Part shown: one piece after another, positions 37,274 through 48,512 of the stretch
Layout of the letters: the number at the start of each line of letters is the position of its first letter
Numbering within the stretch: position 1 is the stretch's first letter
Assembly (NCBI GenBank): GCA_047495785.1
Contig: JBLDXI010000105.1
Span: 1 to 64,000 of the forward strand
DNA length: 64,000 nucleotides
Direction of reading: 5' to 3'
Source of the DNA: Lepidodermella squamata
Taxonomy: Eukaryota > Animalia > Gastrotricha
Program-made: the position numbers and the translations under genes
The notes under the pieces: generated by a model
Seen by the model: the letters and a program-made list of their open reading frames with translations, nothing else
Told to the model about the DNA's origin: nothing
The model's database searches: none

Positions 37274-39339
37274 ATGAAATTTGTACCTATCAGAACTCAA
37301 GAAATGACAGAGGATAGTAAGGATTTTAAAGACAACCCGGCGATCGTAAAATCTGCTGTAGATGGGAAGCCTCACCGATGCAATGTCTGCGGCCTTCCAG
37401 TGGCAAAGCGCCGCGATTACCAGCCGCGAGTTTGCTCCGCGTGTCACAAGTTTTTCAGGCGAAACGCCGAGCACTGGCAGTCGCTGCGATGCCTTCACCG
37501 GCACGACAACGCCAGCGGCTTGCAGACCAACTCGGCCATGCGGCGCAGCATGTGCACGAAGTGCCGCTTCGAGAGATGCATCAACTCCGGAATGAGGAGT
37601 AAGTTCTATTCTTCCACTTTTCCTTTCCTCAAGCATCGCAAAGCTGGCTTCGGAAGAAGCGTTGCTAGAATAATCCACAATTTATTTTCTAGTTCGACGT
37701 TATTTAACCTGAATTTTTGTTTATTTGGCTTGCTAATAACGCATTTCTTTGCTAATTGAATGCTCTGGAATCAATACCTCATCAAATATATTTGAAAATT
37801 ACGGTTATTTTCAGGTAAATTTATGGCTAAGAAACGAAATGCTGCAGAGCTGAATAACGACATGGAAGTTGCAACAATTGAAGGTACGCGATTAGAAGGT
37901 ACGCTGAGGAAAGCAATCGAGATGCAGTTACAACTACACGGTCTGGATCATGTTAGTACTGTGCTTGATATTCGATATGATTTATTCGAACCCATGTTCT
38001 TTAGCTGCCGATGAGATTTCAATACTGCAGGGAGCAAATGCGCGACAGTGACTTCACTGCGCAGCTTCTGATTGGCAATATTTCTGGAATGTTGCGGCTA
38101 GGTTGGGTTTTTGCCAGACACATTCAAGGTAAGCAAACCAGAGCCGCAAGGCTAAACCGTCAAGGAAGTAGATTTCACCTGAGATCAAATGTTGTGATGG
38201 GTGTTCAGCGTTTCACCTTAACGTTTTAAGCGCCGTGGATTTTAACGTATACTGTACATGTGATGCCGAATGCCGAGGTTCAACCCCTATATTACTATAT
38301 TTTCTTGTAGGTCTTTGAATTCTAAGATTATCCGTCTCGATTGTTCTAGCTCATCCTTATTAAGTACGGGCTGAAAAAAACCTACTCTTATTACAGTATA
38401 CGGCGTTTGGCAAACTATTCGCAACTTGCATGGTACATACTATACTTCTGTTCTGCTCTTTTCACAGATTGCTTTCATTTAAAAGAGTCTACAGTTCGAA
38501 CTCTTCTGGCTCGCGGCTGGAAGAACATTTGTTTGGCATACTCAGTCCTGCCCGGAAACAACTGCTTCATGCAAATAAATCCTGAAATCCTACCAACGTT
38601 TCTCGATCAGTACACTGAACTTCGTGTGAGTTCTTATAGACATCATTTGACAGGTTATACTATAACAAAATTGTTTCTAGCCAGTAACCGCTGCGGGAGA
38701 AAACTTGGCGGCTGCTATGAGCAAATGGAACCCAAATCTCGTCGAGGCCGCTCTGTTCACTTGCCGGCTGCTTTTCCAAGGTAATTTCATGCCACGAATT
38801 CTCAAGATTTTCGTGTTTGTTTCAATTCAACATAGTAGAGAGATACTGACCTAGGTTCTAAATTACTCGTCACTGGGCAAAGCTCGGTGACAGAAACTTA
38901 AAGAAACGCCCGGACTGAGGCATGTGGCTACGAAGAATACGAAGATTATTCGGAGGTTATGCCATGAGAAAAGACGGAAATAACATTTTCAGAGGCAAGA
39001 TTTATACTATTGGACAATGCCAGTCAATTTACGTTCGATATAACTAAGCTTTTGTATAATATTTTATTTCAAGGCGCCAATGCAATTAATGATTCACCCG
39101 AATTGCTAACGGCGCAGGAATCCGTTGAGAAAGCTTTCGTAGCAATAAGCCACAAGCTGCATGGGTCGCAATTGCAGCAGGTCATTCATCAGGCGCACGT
39201 GGTTGAGAATCTTATCGGCATAACCACGCACGTGCTCAACGAATGTGCTTCGTCAATTCTGATGCGTCGGGCCAAATCCAGCGGTCGAGCTGAAATGCCG
39301 CTCAGCGCGAGATTCACACTTGGCATCACAACTATTTGA
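37274..39339 (+). CDS. Divergent nuclear receptor-like gene NR8, 6 exons
   Basis: Exons 37274(or 37304)-37598, 37815-37951, 38005-38128, 38468-38625, 38681-38780, 39074-39339. Confidence 0.88.
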
Positions 39340-40619
39340 TTAACCGAAAGACTTCGACAGCAAACTGAATGCAACGAGTTGTGAAACATTAAGCTGCGCT
39401 TGTTATAATCTCATCAGCTGTTACGAGGCATGTCGGTAGCGTTTTTGAATAACTCCGATTTAGGCTTGTTTACATCCGTTTCAAGATAACGTGTGACAAG
39501 TGAAAAGCGGATTTTTAAGGTGAATGAAGAGACAAAAAAAACAAAAGACTTTTTACTTGTCACCTATCACCCCGAAATGGATGTAAACAAGCTTAAATAC
39601 GAGTTATTCAACGAAGCTACCGATGTCTATTCCAGAACCCCTCGAGTTGTGTTTATTCATATTCGTAATTCGTTTTCACTGTTTATGCCGCGTTCTGCTA
39701 GCTGATTGCTACTGGTATGGTTTCTCGTCGTTAACAACTCTGGCTCGTTTTTTATGTGAAATGAAACAAGGAATTTTTTTTCACTTGCCCAGCTGATTGC
39801 TAGTCTCCGTCCGGTTTGTACATAATATCATAGTCTCGAGACGTCTCGCGTTGTTCAGTCGCGGAGATCGATGAAGCGGAAATCACCAGGAACTTACAGG
39901 TAATCTATGAAGTAAGTTGGTACATAAAATCCTCAGTTCGACTTCTGCAGAGTTACATACTTACGTTATTACCATTGACCGATAAAAGATATAAGCCCCG
40001 ACAATGTCTGAAACAGAGAACGGAGATCAATCGGTAGATCCTCCGGAATCCTCTCAGAATTTATGTCTTTCGAACTAGGGGTGGTGTAATACACATGAAA
40101 GGTGTAAACGCTTAATGTAAACCATGCATATTTCTGAGGCATAAACGAAATAAAAGCTTTGCTGGCGAGTGGCTCTTAAATAATTCAAATATAATATATT
40201 ATAGTTATGATTGAAATATATATGGATCGAGTCTTTTAAGATCGATTTTGTTATATTTTATTATATATTAGGTAAAGACCTAGGTAACTTGGACCTAATG
40301 CATCATGTTTCTGTATTGCAGGATCAAAGTCCGCGTGGTCACGTGGTATGAATAGCTAGTTGCTAGTTCTGAGGCGTTATTTTTTCGTTGCTTTGTCGTT
40401 TCGTCACTTCGTCATCTTTTACAAAAAAACTTACGAAACGAAAAAAGGGAGTAAAAGGAGGATTTGATCCCGGAACATTAAGGATAAGAACCATGGATTT
40501 GAGCCACTATACAATAGGAGGCTTTCTATCTGCAATCGGCAAAAAACGCTTTGCAAAAAGCAAAAAACAAAAGTAGCGTTCGTTTAGTATACAAAAATGC
40601 CGAACGAGGATGACTACCA

Positions 40620-41491
40620 CACAATAAAAAAAAAACTCGGTTCTCACCCAGTTGGAAAAACGGAAATTACCGTGCAGCTTTTATACGGAACCCAGTAAAA
40701 ACCAGCTGACAACCGAGTTTTGCTACTTTTCGCAGTTACCGACCTAGTACAACCCAGTTAGAACCATGCATCTACGAAATATCGGTTATGAACCTGGTTT
40801 GTACCGACTTTGTACCGACTTTGCCGCATTTTAACAAAAAATATTTCCAAGTCCCTATTTCCATTGGATCGCATGTTGAATTGCACTACTCCTCGAAAAT
40901 TGGGTAGGGTATGCAGTGGGCAACTTCATACAGCTGGCATACAGTTCGCAAGCGCTAATTGGGACAAATTGAAAAAATTCATGAAAAAATTAAGAGTCGC
41001 TATTAAGGTCATGTGTAGGAGCCGTGGTCTAGTGGTAAAGCGCGCGCTGTATGATGCCAAGGTCCCGAGTTCGAGCCTCGCTGATGACGTAAGTTAACTT
41101 ATCATTTAATTTGTTTAATATTCTTTCAAATATCGTTTCTGATCGATATTAGGCGTAATCTGGGTTACAGATGCCAATATCGATTAGAAAAATCGATTTT
41201 TTATTGTTATCGATGAATTTTAATAATCGGGATGCCGATACTCAGTAAATACCGAGCTCACAGCTATATCGATAAATACCCATCCGAAAGCTGAATGGGT
41301 TATTACCGTGTTTTCGAAGCTCGGTTAGTTCCAGCCCGGTTTTAATCGTGTTCGATGGAACTCGGTAAAACTCCAAAACCCGGTAATGACTGTATGTGCA
41401 CAAGGTTTTTTCCCTTTTTGATTAACATGTAAACTGGTTATTACTGGGTAGCTTATTTGGCACGGTAAGCACCGAGTTTTTTTTTACTGTG
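40620..41491. mobile_element. CACTA/CMC-like non-autonomous element nested in the above
   Basis: TIR CACA(A/G)TAAAAAAAAA(A)CTCGGT, 2-bp CA flanks at 40618-19 and 41492-93, internal ACCGAG/AACCCAG repeats. Confidence 0.7.
41018..41085 (+). other. tRNA-derived Pol III promoter-like segment, not a functional tRNA
   Basis: A-box TGGTCTAGTGG 41025-41035 and B-box AGTTCGAGCC 41068-41077 with a T-stem. Acceptor and anticodon stems do not pair. Confidence 0.6.
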
Positions 41492-42283
41492 CATGACCCA
41501 GCACTATTGCTCAGTGGCTTCGCCTTGTGCGTCAAAACCCAGTGGTCCCGGGTTCGAATCCTCCTTTTACCCAATTTTTTTCTTTCAGTCAGTTCTTTGT
41601 ATAAGATGACGAAGTGGCGAAACGACGAAACGACGAAAAACTAACGACGAAACTTTAGCATAAATTTGCACGAATGTTAGTGAATAGTGAACACATTTTT
41701 GATCAAGTATTTAAAAGTGTTTTCGCTTCGATTTGTTTCATCCCCTTTATTCGCCTCTGCCAGTATAGCTCTTAAAGCGTTACAGTGAATCGAATTTTCA
41801 CCTTTCACTATCCATATTACATGATAATTCACCTTTAATCAACTATCTGCATTTGTATTTTTCGGGTCAATCGAGAATGTCGGGTGTTGTCCTGGGCTGG
41901 GACAAAACTACTCTGTGATGTTTGTCTTCAAACGGACAAGATCGGAAAAACTTGAGCACTGAAAGCAGGCGTTTCTGGAAATGCATGTCGGATCCAAATT
42001 CACTTAATTATGTCACTCAGTATGTGTCTTAGTGCTTAGTGCATGGCACGACGTCTAGCGCAGGGGACAACTTCTATAATTTTAGACCTAGGTAATAGGA
42101 ATCTGTGTGGTGCGTGGGTAAATTCGCATTAGCCAATTTCACAGCTATCTTGAATCATTTAAAAGGCAGATAAGTAGGACATCGATTCTGTCTTTTCAAT
42201 CTTGTCAAGTTCACTTTTCCCGCCAAATCTGATAAATAGATGAATAAATAAAATCAGACCTTTCAAAACATTGAACTCGACGA

Positions 42284-44900
42284 ATGCTCAAGGATTCAGA
42301 ATATCAGATGGCGGTCGCAAAATCTGCAGTAGAACAGAAGCCTCACAGATGCAACGTCTGCGGCCTTCCAGTGGCAAAGCGACGCGATTACCAGCCGCGA
42401 GTTTGCTCGGCGTGTCACAAGTTTTTCAGGCGAAACGCCGAGCACTGGCAGTCGCTGCGATGCCTCCACCGGCACGACAACGCCAGCGGCTTGCAAACCA
42501 ACTCGGCCATGCGGCGCAGCATGTGCACGAAGTGCCGCTTCGAGAGATGCATCAACTCCGGAATGAGGAGTAGGTTCAATTCTTCCACTTTTACTTTTCT
42601 CAAGCATCGCTCGCACATTTTCAGGCCCGCCTAGGTTTCCTCCATGCGCTTAAAATAGGCGGGCCTGTGCGCATCGCAAAGCCGGCTTTCGGTCTAAGAA
42701 GAAGCGTTGCAGGAATAATTTCGACGACAGGTGCACTTCGAAGCATGCATTGTTATATCTCAGGGGGTATTTAGACTAAAGGGGTATTTTCGGTACCCAA
42801 TTTTATGGCCAAAGAGCTCCTCCGGGGTTTTTTCAACTTAGGCCTGGAGATCGAGGAGGGAGTGGGGTACGATACCTCTCATTCCCCCCGTACTTCGCGC
42901 CCTGTTTGTGAACACCTTATTAGCAAATCTACAATTTTTTCGCAGGTAAATTTATGGCGATGAAACACAATGCTGTAGTGTTAAATATCAACTTGGAAGT
43001 TGCAACAATTGATTCCCCACTAGTGGAAGGTACTCTGCGGAAAGCAATCGAGATGCAGTTACAGCTTCACAGTCTGGAGCATGTTAGTTCTGTGCCGCAT
43101 ATTCGATATGATTTATTCAAACCCATGTTCTTTAGCTGCCGATGAGATTTCAATACTGCAAGGAGCAAATGAGGGACAGAGACTTCAATGCGCAGCTTCT
43201 GATCGGCAATATTTCAGGAGTTTTGCAGCTGGGTTCGGTTTTTGCCAGCCGCGTTCAAGGTAAGTAAATTACCCTATATGGACAAAAACATGTAACCGGT
43301 AACCGTAAATGAAGTGGATTCCACTCAGATCACACGGTGTGATGGGAGGTTCTGATTCAAGGCATGTTCTCGTATATGTTGGCTTAGATGGCTGCGTTGC
43401 AATTTATTTATCAATCAAAACTCAACCCTTGCATTATGAGTGGGACCTTCGGCTCTATATTGAGATTAACGTCGCACTGTTGCACAGAACCGCTTTCAAG
43501 CAAAAATTACTAAAAATTTCCGACTGTCACTTCTTTTAAGTGTTGATATGATTGTGTGGAGAGGATTAAGTACTAAGTAGATTAAACTGTCTAACTGCGT
43601 GATTTATGCGACTTTGAAACCTCAAACAGGCTGTGGGGTGCCACTTGAGAAATACAGGTATTTCAGCACCTGTCTTGTAATCCGGTCATGCCCTTTTGGA
43701 ATGATTGACCTCTGCCTTAACGGGACTTCACTTAATTTAGGTTTTTATCGTAGAGGTGGAATGCACGATGTGATGGGGTGGATTAAGTTTTTGTTTTCGC
43801 TCCCGAGTTTATGAGACGAAATTTTTTATTTTTTTATTTATTTTTCTTTCGTCTAGACCTCTCGTATCCCCGTAATTCGCAAGCTGAATCATAGCTTCAT
43901 AAGTAGATAAATTTTCCGCCTTCCAGCCATCAACAGCTTTGTTTTCAGTTCCTTATCTCTTATTGTATAGTATTACACTTCTGTTCTGTGCAGATTGCTT
44001 TCATTTAAAAGAATCCACAGTTCGAAATATTCTGTCTCGCGGCTGGAAGAATATTTGTGCGGCTTACTCAGTCTTGCCCGGAAACAACTGCATCATGCTA
44101 GCGAATCCTGATATTTTACCTATGTTTCTTGATCACTACCCCGACCTTCGCGTAAGTTCATTCGATTAAGATATCATTCGATGGGCAGTATCAAGAATTA
44201 CTCTAGCCAGTAACCGCCGCTGGAGAAAACTTGGCGGCTGCTATGAGCACATGGAACCCAAATCTCATCGAGGCCGCTCTGTTCACTTGCCGGCTGCTTT
44301 TCCAAGGTAAATTCAAGCTACGAATTCTCAAGCTGTTTGTGTTGTTTGATAAAATCAATTAAGCACAGTAGATAGCTATATAGGTTCTGGAATTTTCGTC
44401 ACTTGGCAACGCTCAGTCTTCGCTCAGTGCCAGAAACTAATAGAAGAAACCCTGATAGGACTGAGGCATGTGGCTTTGTTGAAACCCGATTCGGAGAATT
44501 TGCCATTAGATAAAGTCTGAAGTAAAATCAAGCAGCTTGGCGCTTGTCAAGTTTTAATCTCCTGGGGCATGAATTTCAAAACTGTCCCAGCCTGTATACG
44601 TTCGATATAACTAAGCTTTTGTATCTTTCGTTTCAAGGCGCCAATGCAATGGATGATTCACCTGAATTACTCGCAGCACGAGAATCCGTTGAGAAAGCTT
44701 TCGTTGCAATATGCCACAAGCTTCATGGGTCGCAATCGCAGCAGGTCATTCACCAGGCTCACGTGGTCGAGAACCTCATCGGCATAACCACTCACGTGCT
44801 CGACGAATGTACATCTTCGATTCTGAGGCGTCGGGCTAAATTCTGCGGACGAGCTGAGCTGTCCCTCGGCGTCAAATTCACACTTGGCATTATAGCCTGA
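42284..44900 (+). CDS. Divergent nuclear receptor-like gene NR9, 6 exons
   Basis: Exons 42284(or 42308)-42569, 42946-43082, 43136-43259, 43994-44151, 44207-44306, 44638-44900. Confidence 0.88.
42613..42670. mobile_element. 58-bp minimal derivative of the 36075 MULE-like element, in intron 1 of NR9
   Basis: GCACATTTTCAGGCCCGCCTA...TAGGCGGGCCTGTGC flanked by duplicated GCATCGC. Paralog NR8 has the empty site (AAGCATCGCAAAGC). Confidence 0.8.
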
Positions 44901-45617
44901 GTAACCGCAATGCCATGAGGATGACTTAAACAAAAAATTGAATGTCACGTGTTAGGCTGTGCTTTCCTTCTAAACTGTTATGACTATTCCAGTTAAGGCT
45001 CAAATTTTGTTTATCACATATTATTGTTGTTTTCATTTTTGCCTGTTCATGTTTATGTCGCATGATGCTGGCGTTTTCTCTCGTCAAACGGTGAAAGCAA
45101 CTCTGAATGTACCGGGGGAATAAAATTTGGCTTCGTGTATAAAACGCACGATTTTGAACATACCCTTTTGAACACGGAAATGACTACTCGGGTAACAGTA
45201 TTGATTTTTGTTCCTCTCGCGAGTCACTGTGTCCGATTGTACTTAACATAGTAAATTGTGGTGCGTTGTCTAGTCGCGGAGATTAATGAAGCGGAAATCA
45301 TAGACTGAGTGATCTAATGAGTAAGATGATACATCATAATCCTCATTTTTCAAATGACCGGGAAAAAAATAAGCCCCGACATTGCCTGAAAATTGACAGG
45401 AAAAAACTGTGCCTAAGAGCTAGCTGTCGGTGAGAAACAGGCTATTGAGTTTCCTTTCATGTAGAGCGAAGACGAGTCCAAAATGCATCAGATTACCTGC
45501 AGCACATCACAGCTCGTGAAGGTGCGGGGAAAATAAATTGAAAAACAATGCGCATTCTCAAATATATCCTTCTGAACAGCTATCAGTATAGAGGAAAGAG
45601 GTCAGTGAACCTGGGAA

Positions 45618-45766
45618 TGTCGAAATCTGGGGATAAAGTGAAGACTCACAATTGTAACGTCTGTGGACTTCCAGTGGCAAAGCAGCGAAATTGCCAGCCG
45701 CGAGTTTGCTCGGCGTGTCACAAGTTCTTCAGACGCCACGCTGAGCCCTGGCAGTCTCTGCTTTAA
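45618..45766 (+). pseudogene. Truncated receptor locus NR10, first zinc finger only
   Basis: MSKSGDKVKTHNCNVCGLPVAKQRNCQPRVCSACHKFFRRHAEPWQSLL*. No second finger or downstream exons found. Confidence 0.85.
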
Positions 45767-46527
45767 TTAAATCAGCATTTAGCGAAACAAGAACATTTTG
45801 AAGATTTCCCAAATCCTCCTAAAACTCTCCTCGGGTTGAAAAACTGCAAAGCATAAAAGCATATGGCAAACTATTTGGGAAGCGTTGTATAGCGGCACGT
45901 GGTGAGTTGAGAATGGTTCGAAATAATAAGGGTTAGCGGACTCAAATATGAGACAAGAGTTTCGACTTGTTTTGAAAAAATTGAAGGTCAGGCCCAACAC
46001 TTCGGGCAGTACTACGGTATATTTGCTTTGGAAATGGAAAGCAGTTTCAAAGACGCGCTATTTTTGAATTTTCAAACCTCCCAGATTGGCGAAAATCCTG
46101 ATGTGTGATTTATCGTTGTCAGTGATTTGATTTGATTGATTTGGTTCGTGAAAGTGGGACATGCGATCGCTTCACGCTTCACCAAATGCCACGAGCAGTA
46201 CGTGTCGAGCGGCTCGGCAGCTGAGAGGACTGTCCGCTTCGCCTACTTCTACGATGTGATGACCTTGCTGGCGGACGTAGTGATGTACAAAAACAAGTGA
46301 GTTATTCTATTTATTTGTCGGTAATCAATGATCTCGCAGTTTTCATATATTTGTATTTTGAAAATTCAAGAACCTGGTTGATCCACGCAGCAAGGTAACT
46401 GCTTCAGGACCCTCCGAGGTTCCGAGACCCTATCAGAGTAACCGTGGTCAGAGATTCTCCACCCTGGACAACCCGGCAGCCAGTATTACTATCACCAAGA
46501 TGGTTATAGTAGTAACTTAAAGGAATA

Positions 46528-48205
46528 CCGTATTTTATCGAATAGTATCCGACCTCAAATAATAACCCCCTCGAATAATAGCCACAAAAATTCATCCAAA
46601 TATTGGGTCCAAAGGTTAATAATAGCCCACCTCGAATAATAGCCACATTCCATATAGTAATAACAAGTATGATCAGCTCATGTAGAAATATGGGGGAGGT
46701 GGCTAGCGTCCCAAAAGACAATTTAGACGTAGAGAAGAGAAACTGCGACAACGAGGAAGATATCTACAGTGCATTTAAGCTTAATTACTGCGACAAAGAG
46801 GAATAAACTCAACCGAAAATTGACTGAAAATGTCTGTTGAAGGGATGATTTGACGTTTAACCCTTTCCGTGCCGACGTTTTCTCTGCGGAGAATTTATTT
46901 TCTCTGCGGAGAATTTATTCTCTGCAGAGAATCAAGCCTTTACAATAGCTATTTGTATTTCGCAGGTGAAATTCAGGTTTCGGCTTTTGCAATTGTTTAC
47001 TTATCCTTTGTGCAAACACCAAGTTCGCGTGATTTTCACGCGAAACAATGCGCGTGTTGCGTGAGTTGCGCAATCCAAAGCCTGTCATGAATCAGCGGCA
47101 CGTGCCGCTGTTTTGACAATCGCCGCAAAAATTAGTCATTTTACGGGCGTAAATCGGGATGATATTTTTTGCTCAATTTAGGCGATCGCATCAAAATTTG
47201 ATGAAAAAGTAAAGCAACAACATAAGACAACTAAAGATAAAAAACCCGCCAAAGGAGGTAATTACTGTTTCCTCAGCTTACGCCTGACATTCAACTAAAG
47301 CTTTTGACTGGGAATAACTCAAAGATCTATAATTATTTGAGAAAAGTGATGCATACGAGTAATATTTCTTGCGTCGAGCGCGGCACGATTACGCGCACTT
47401 GCGTCGTAGCACCTATAAAAGGGTGACTCTTTGGCGCTCGGGTGCTCCCTATCCGCCCAGTTGATTTTCGATTTTTTTGTGTCATTCGATAGCCAAGCGT
47501 CTAAATAAGATGGCAGGCCACAAGCGCCGGTCGAGAAAAAATCACCAAGCGAGAATCCCCGCGTCGAGCGCGGCACGATTACGCGCATGTGCGTCGTAGC
47601 GTAAAACACATTGCATACATAGGAACAAATTTTGCCATTCTGCCGCCTTTCTAGAATCATCCTACGTTACGCATGGTTTGCGCAAAGTTTTTGAATTTCC
47701 GAATTACATTGATCTGAGAGGAGGCGGCTTTCACAAAAAACGGCCTTCAACAAAAAATTCGACTGCAAAATGTTTGCGCAAAATTGTAGAGAGAGTTTTC
47801 GATGCAGTTTTTTCCACAGGCTTATTATCATTTCCTCGACCGCCTATTTAAATCATGCAAGAGTTTGATTCGACTTTCAAGAGATCATTCTTGATGCGCG
47901 CCCTCCGAGACGGCGCAACCACCAACGCGCGCGCAGCGCTGGGGGACAAGTGATTGCGCAACTTTTGCGCACGCATGCGTCCTGTATACTGTATATATTA
48001 TGTGTCGCGTATAAAGATTATTATTAATAATTTACTCGCGTTTTCCGCAGAGAAGGACAAAATTGTCCGTCGGCACTGAAAGGGTTAAGGATAAATAATA
48101 GCCTGCCTTGAATAAAAGCCCCCTCGAATGATAGCCCGATTTTTTTGACTGATTTTAGAGTTCGGAAAATAATAATATCCCAGGATACTATTCGATAAAA
48201 TACGG
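46528..48205. mobile_element. Tc1/pogo-type MITE interrupted by a piggyBac-type element
   Basis: TIR CCGTATTTTATCGAATAGTATCC, TA at 46526-27 and 48206-07, GAATAATAGCC subterminal repeats. Confidence 0.88.
46861..48084. mobile_element. Non-autonomous piggyBac-type element
   Basis: TTAA at 46857-60 and 48085-88. 17-bp TIR CCCTTTC(C/A)GTGCCGACG. Three TCTCTGC(G/A)GAGAAT repeats. Internal ~40-bp direct repeat at ~47371 and ~47561. Confidence 0.88.
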
Positions 48206-48512
48206 TACTTCTGAATTCAGATAGAGCATCCCCTGACTTCGGACCATTTTTTTCTCGTGTATTATAACGGGTTAGCATAGTGATTCGTTCATGAAATAGC
48301 ACGGTATTCACGTATTTTCGAATAAAAAAGGCGTGAGTGTTCATTCATGATTTTTTTCCGAGACACGTGCCGCAATCGAAAAATTTGGCCGGATTGGCCT
48401 CAAATTTACATTGATTTGTGCGTCATTTATCGCTGGAAACATCACATTATAATGCTGCATGTAATTGCATACATTTTATCTCTTAAATTAGTGCTTCTTA
48501 GAGGTAATTGAA

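Larger units (their letters stand above)
40375..41646. mobile_element. Inverted-repeat element whose ~145-bp arms contain tRNA-like A/B boxes
   Basis: 40375-40520 is an imperfect reverse complement of 41500-41646. The right arm has TTGCTCAGTGG and GGTTCGAATCC. Confidence 0.65.

Noticed and set aside
41018-41090. tRNA gene
   Set aside because: A and B boxes are present but the acceptor and anticodon stems do not pair, and it lies inside a TIR element.
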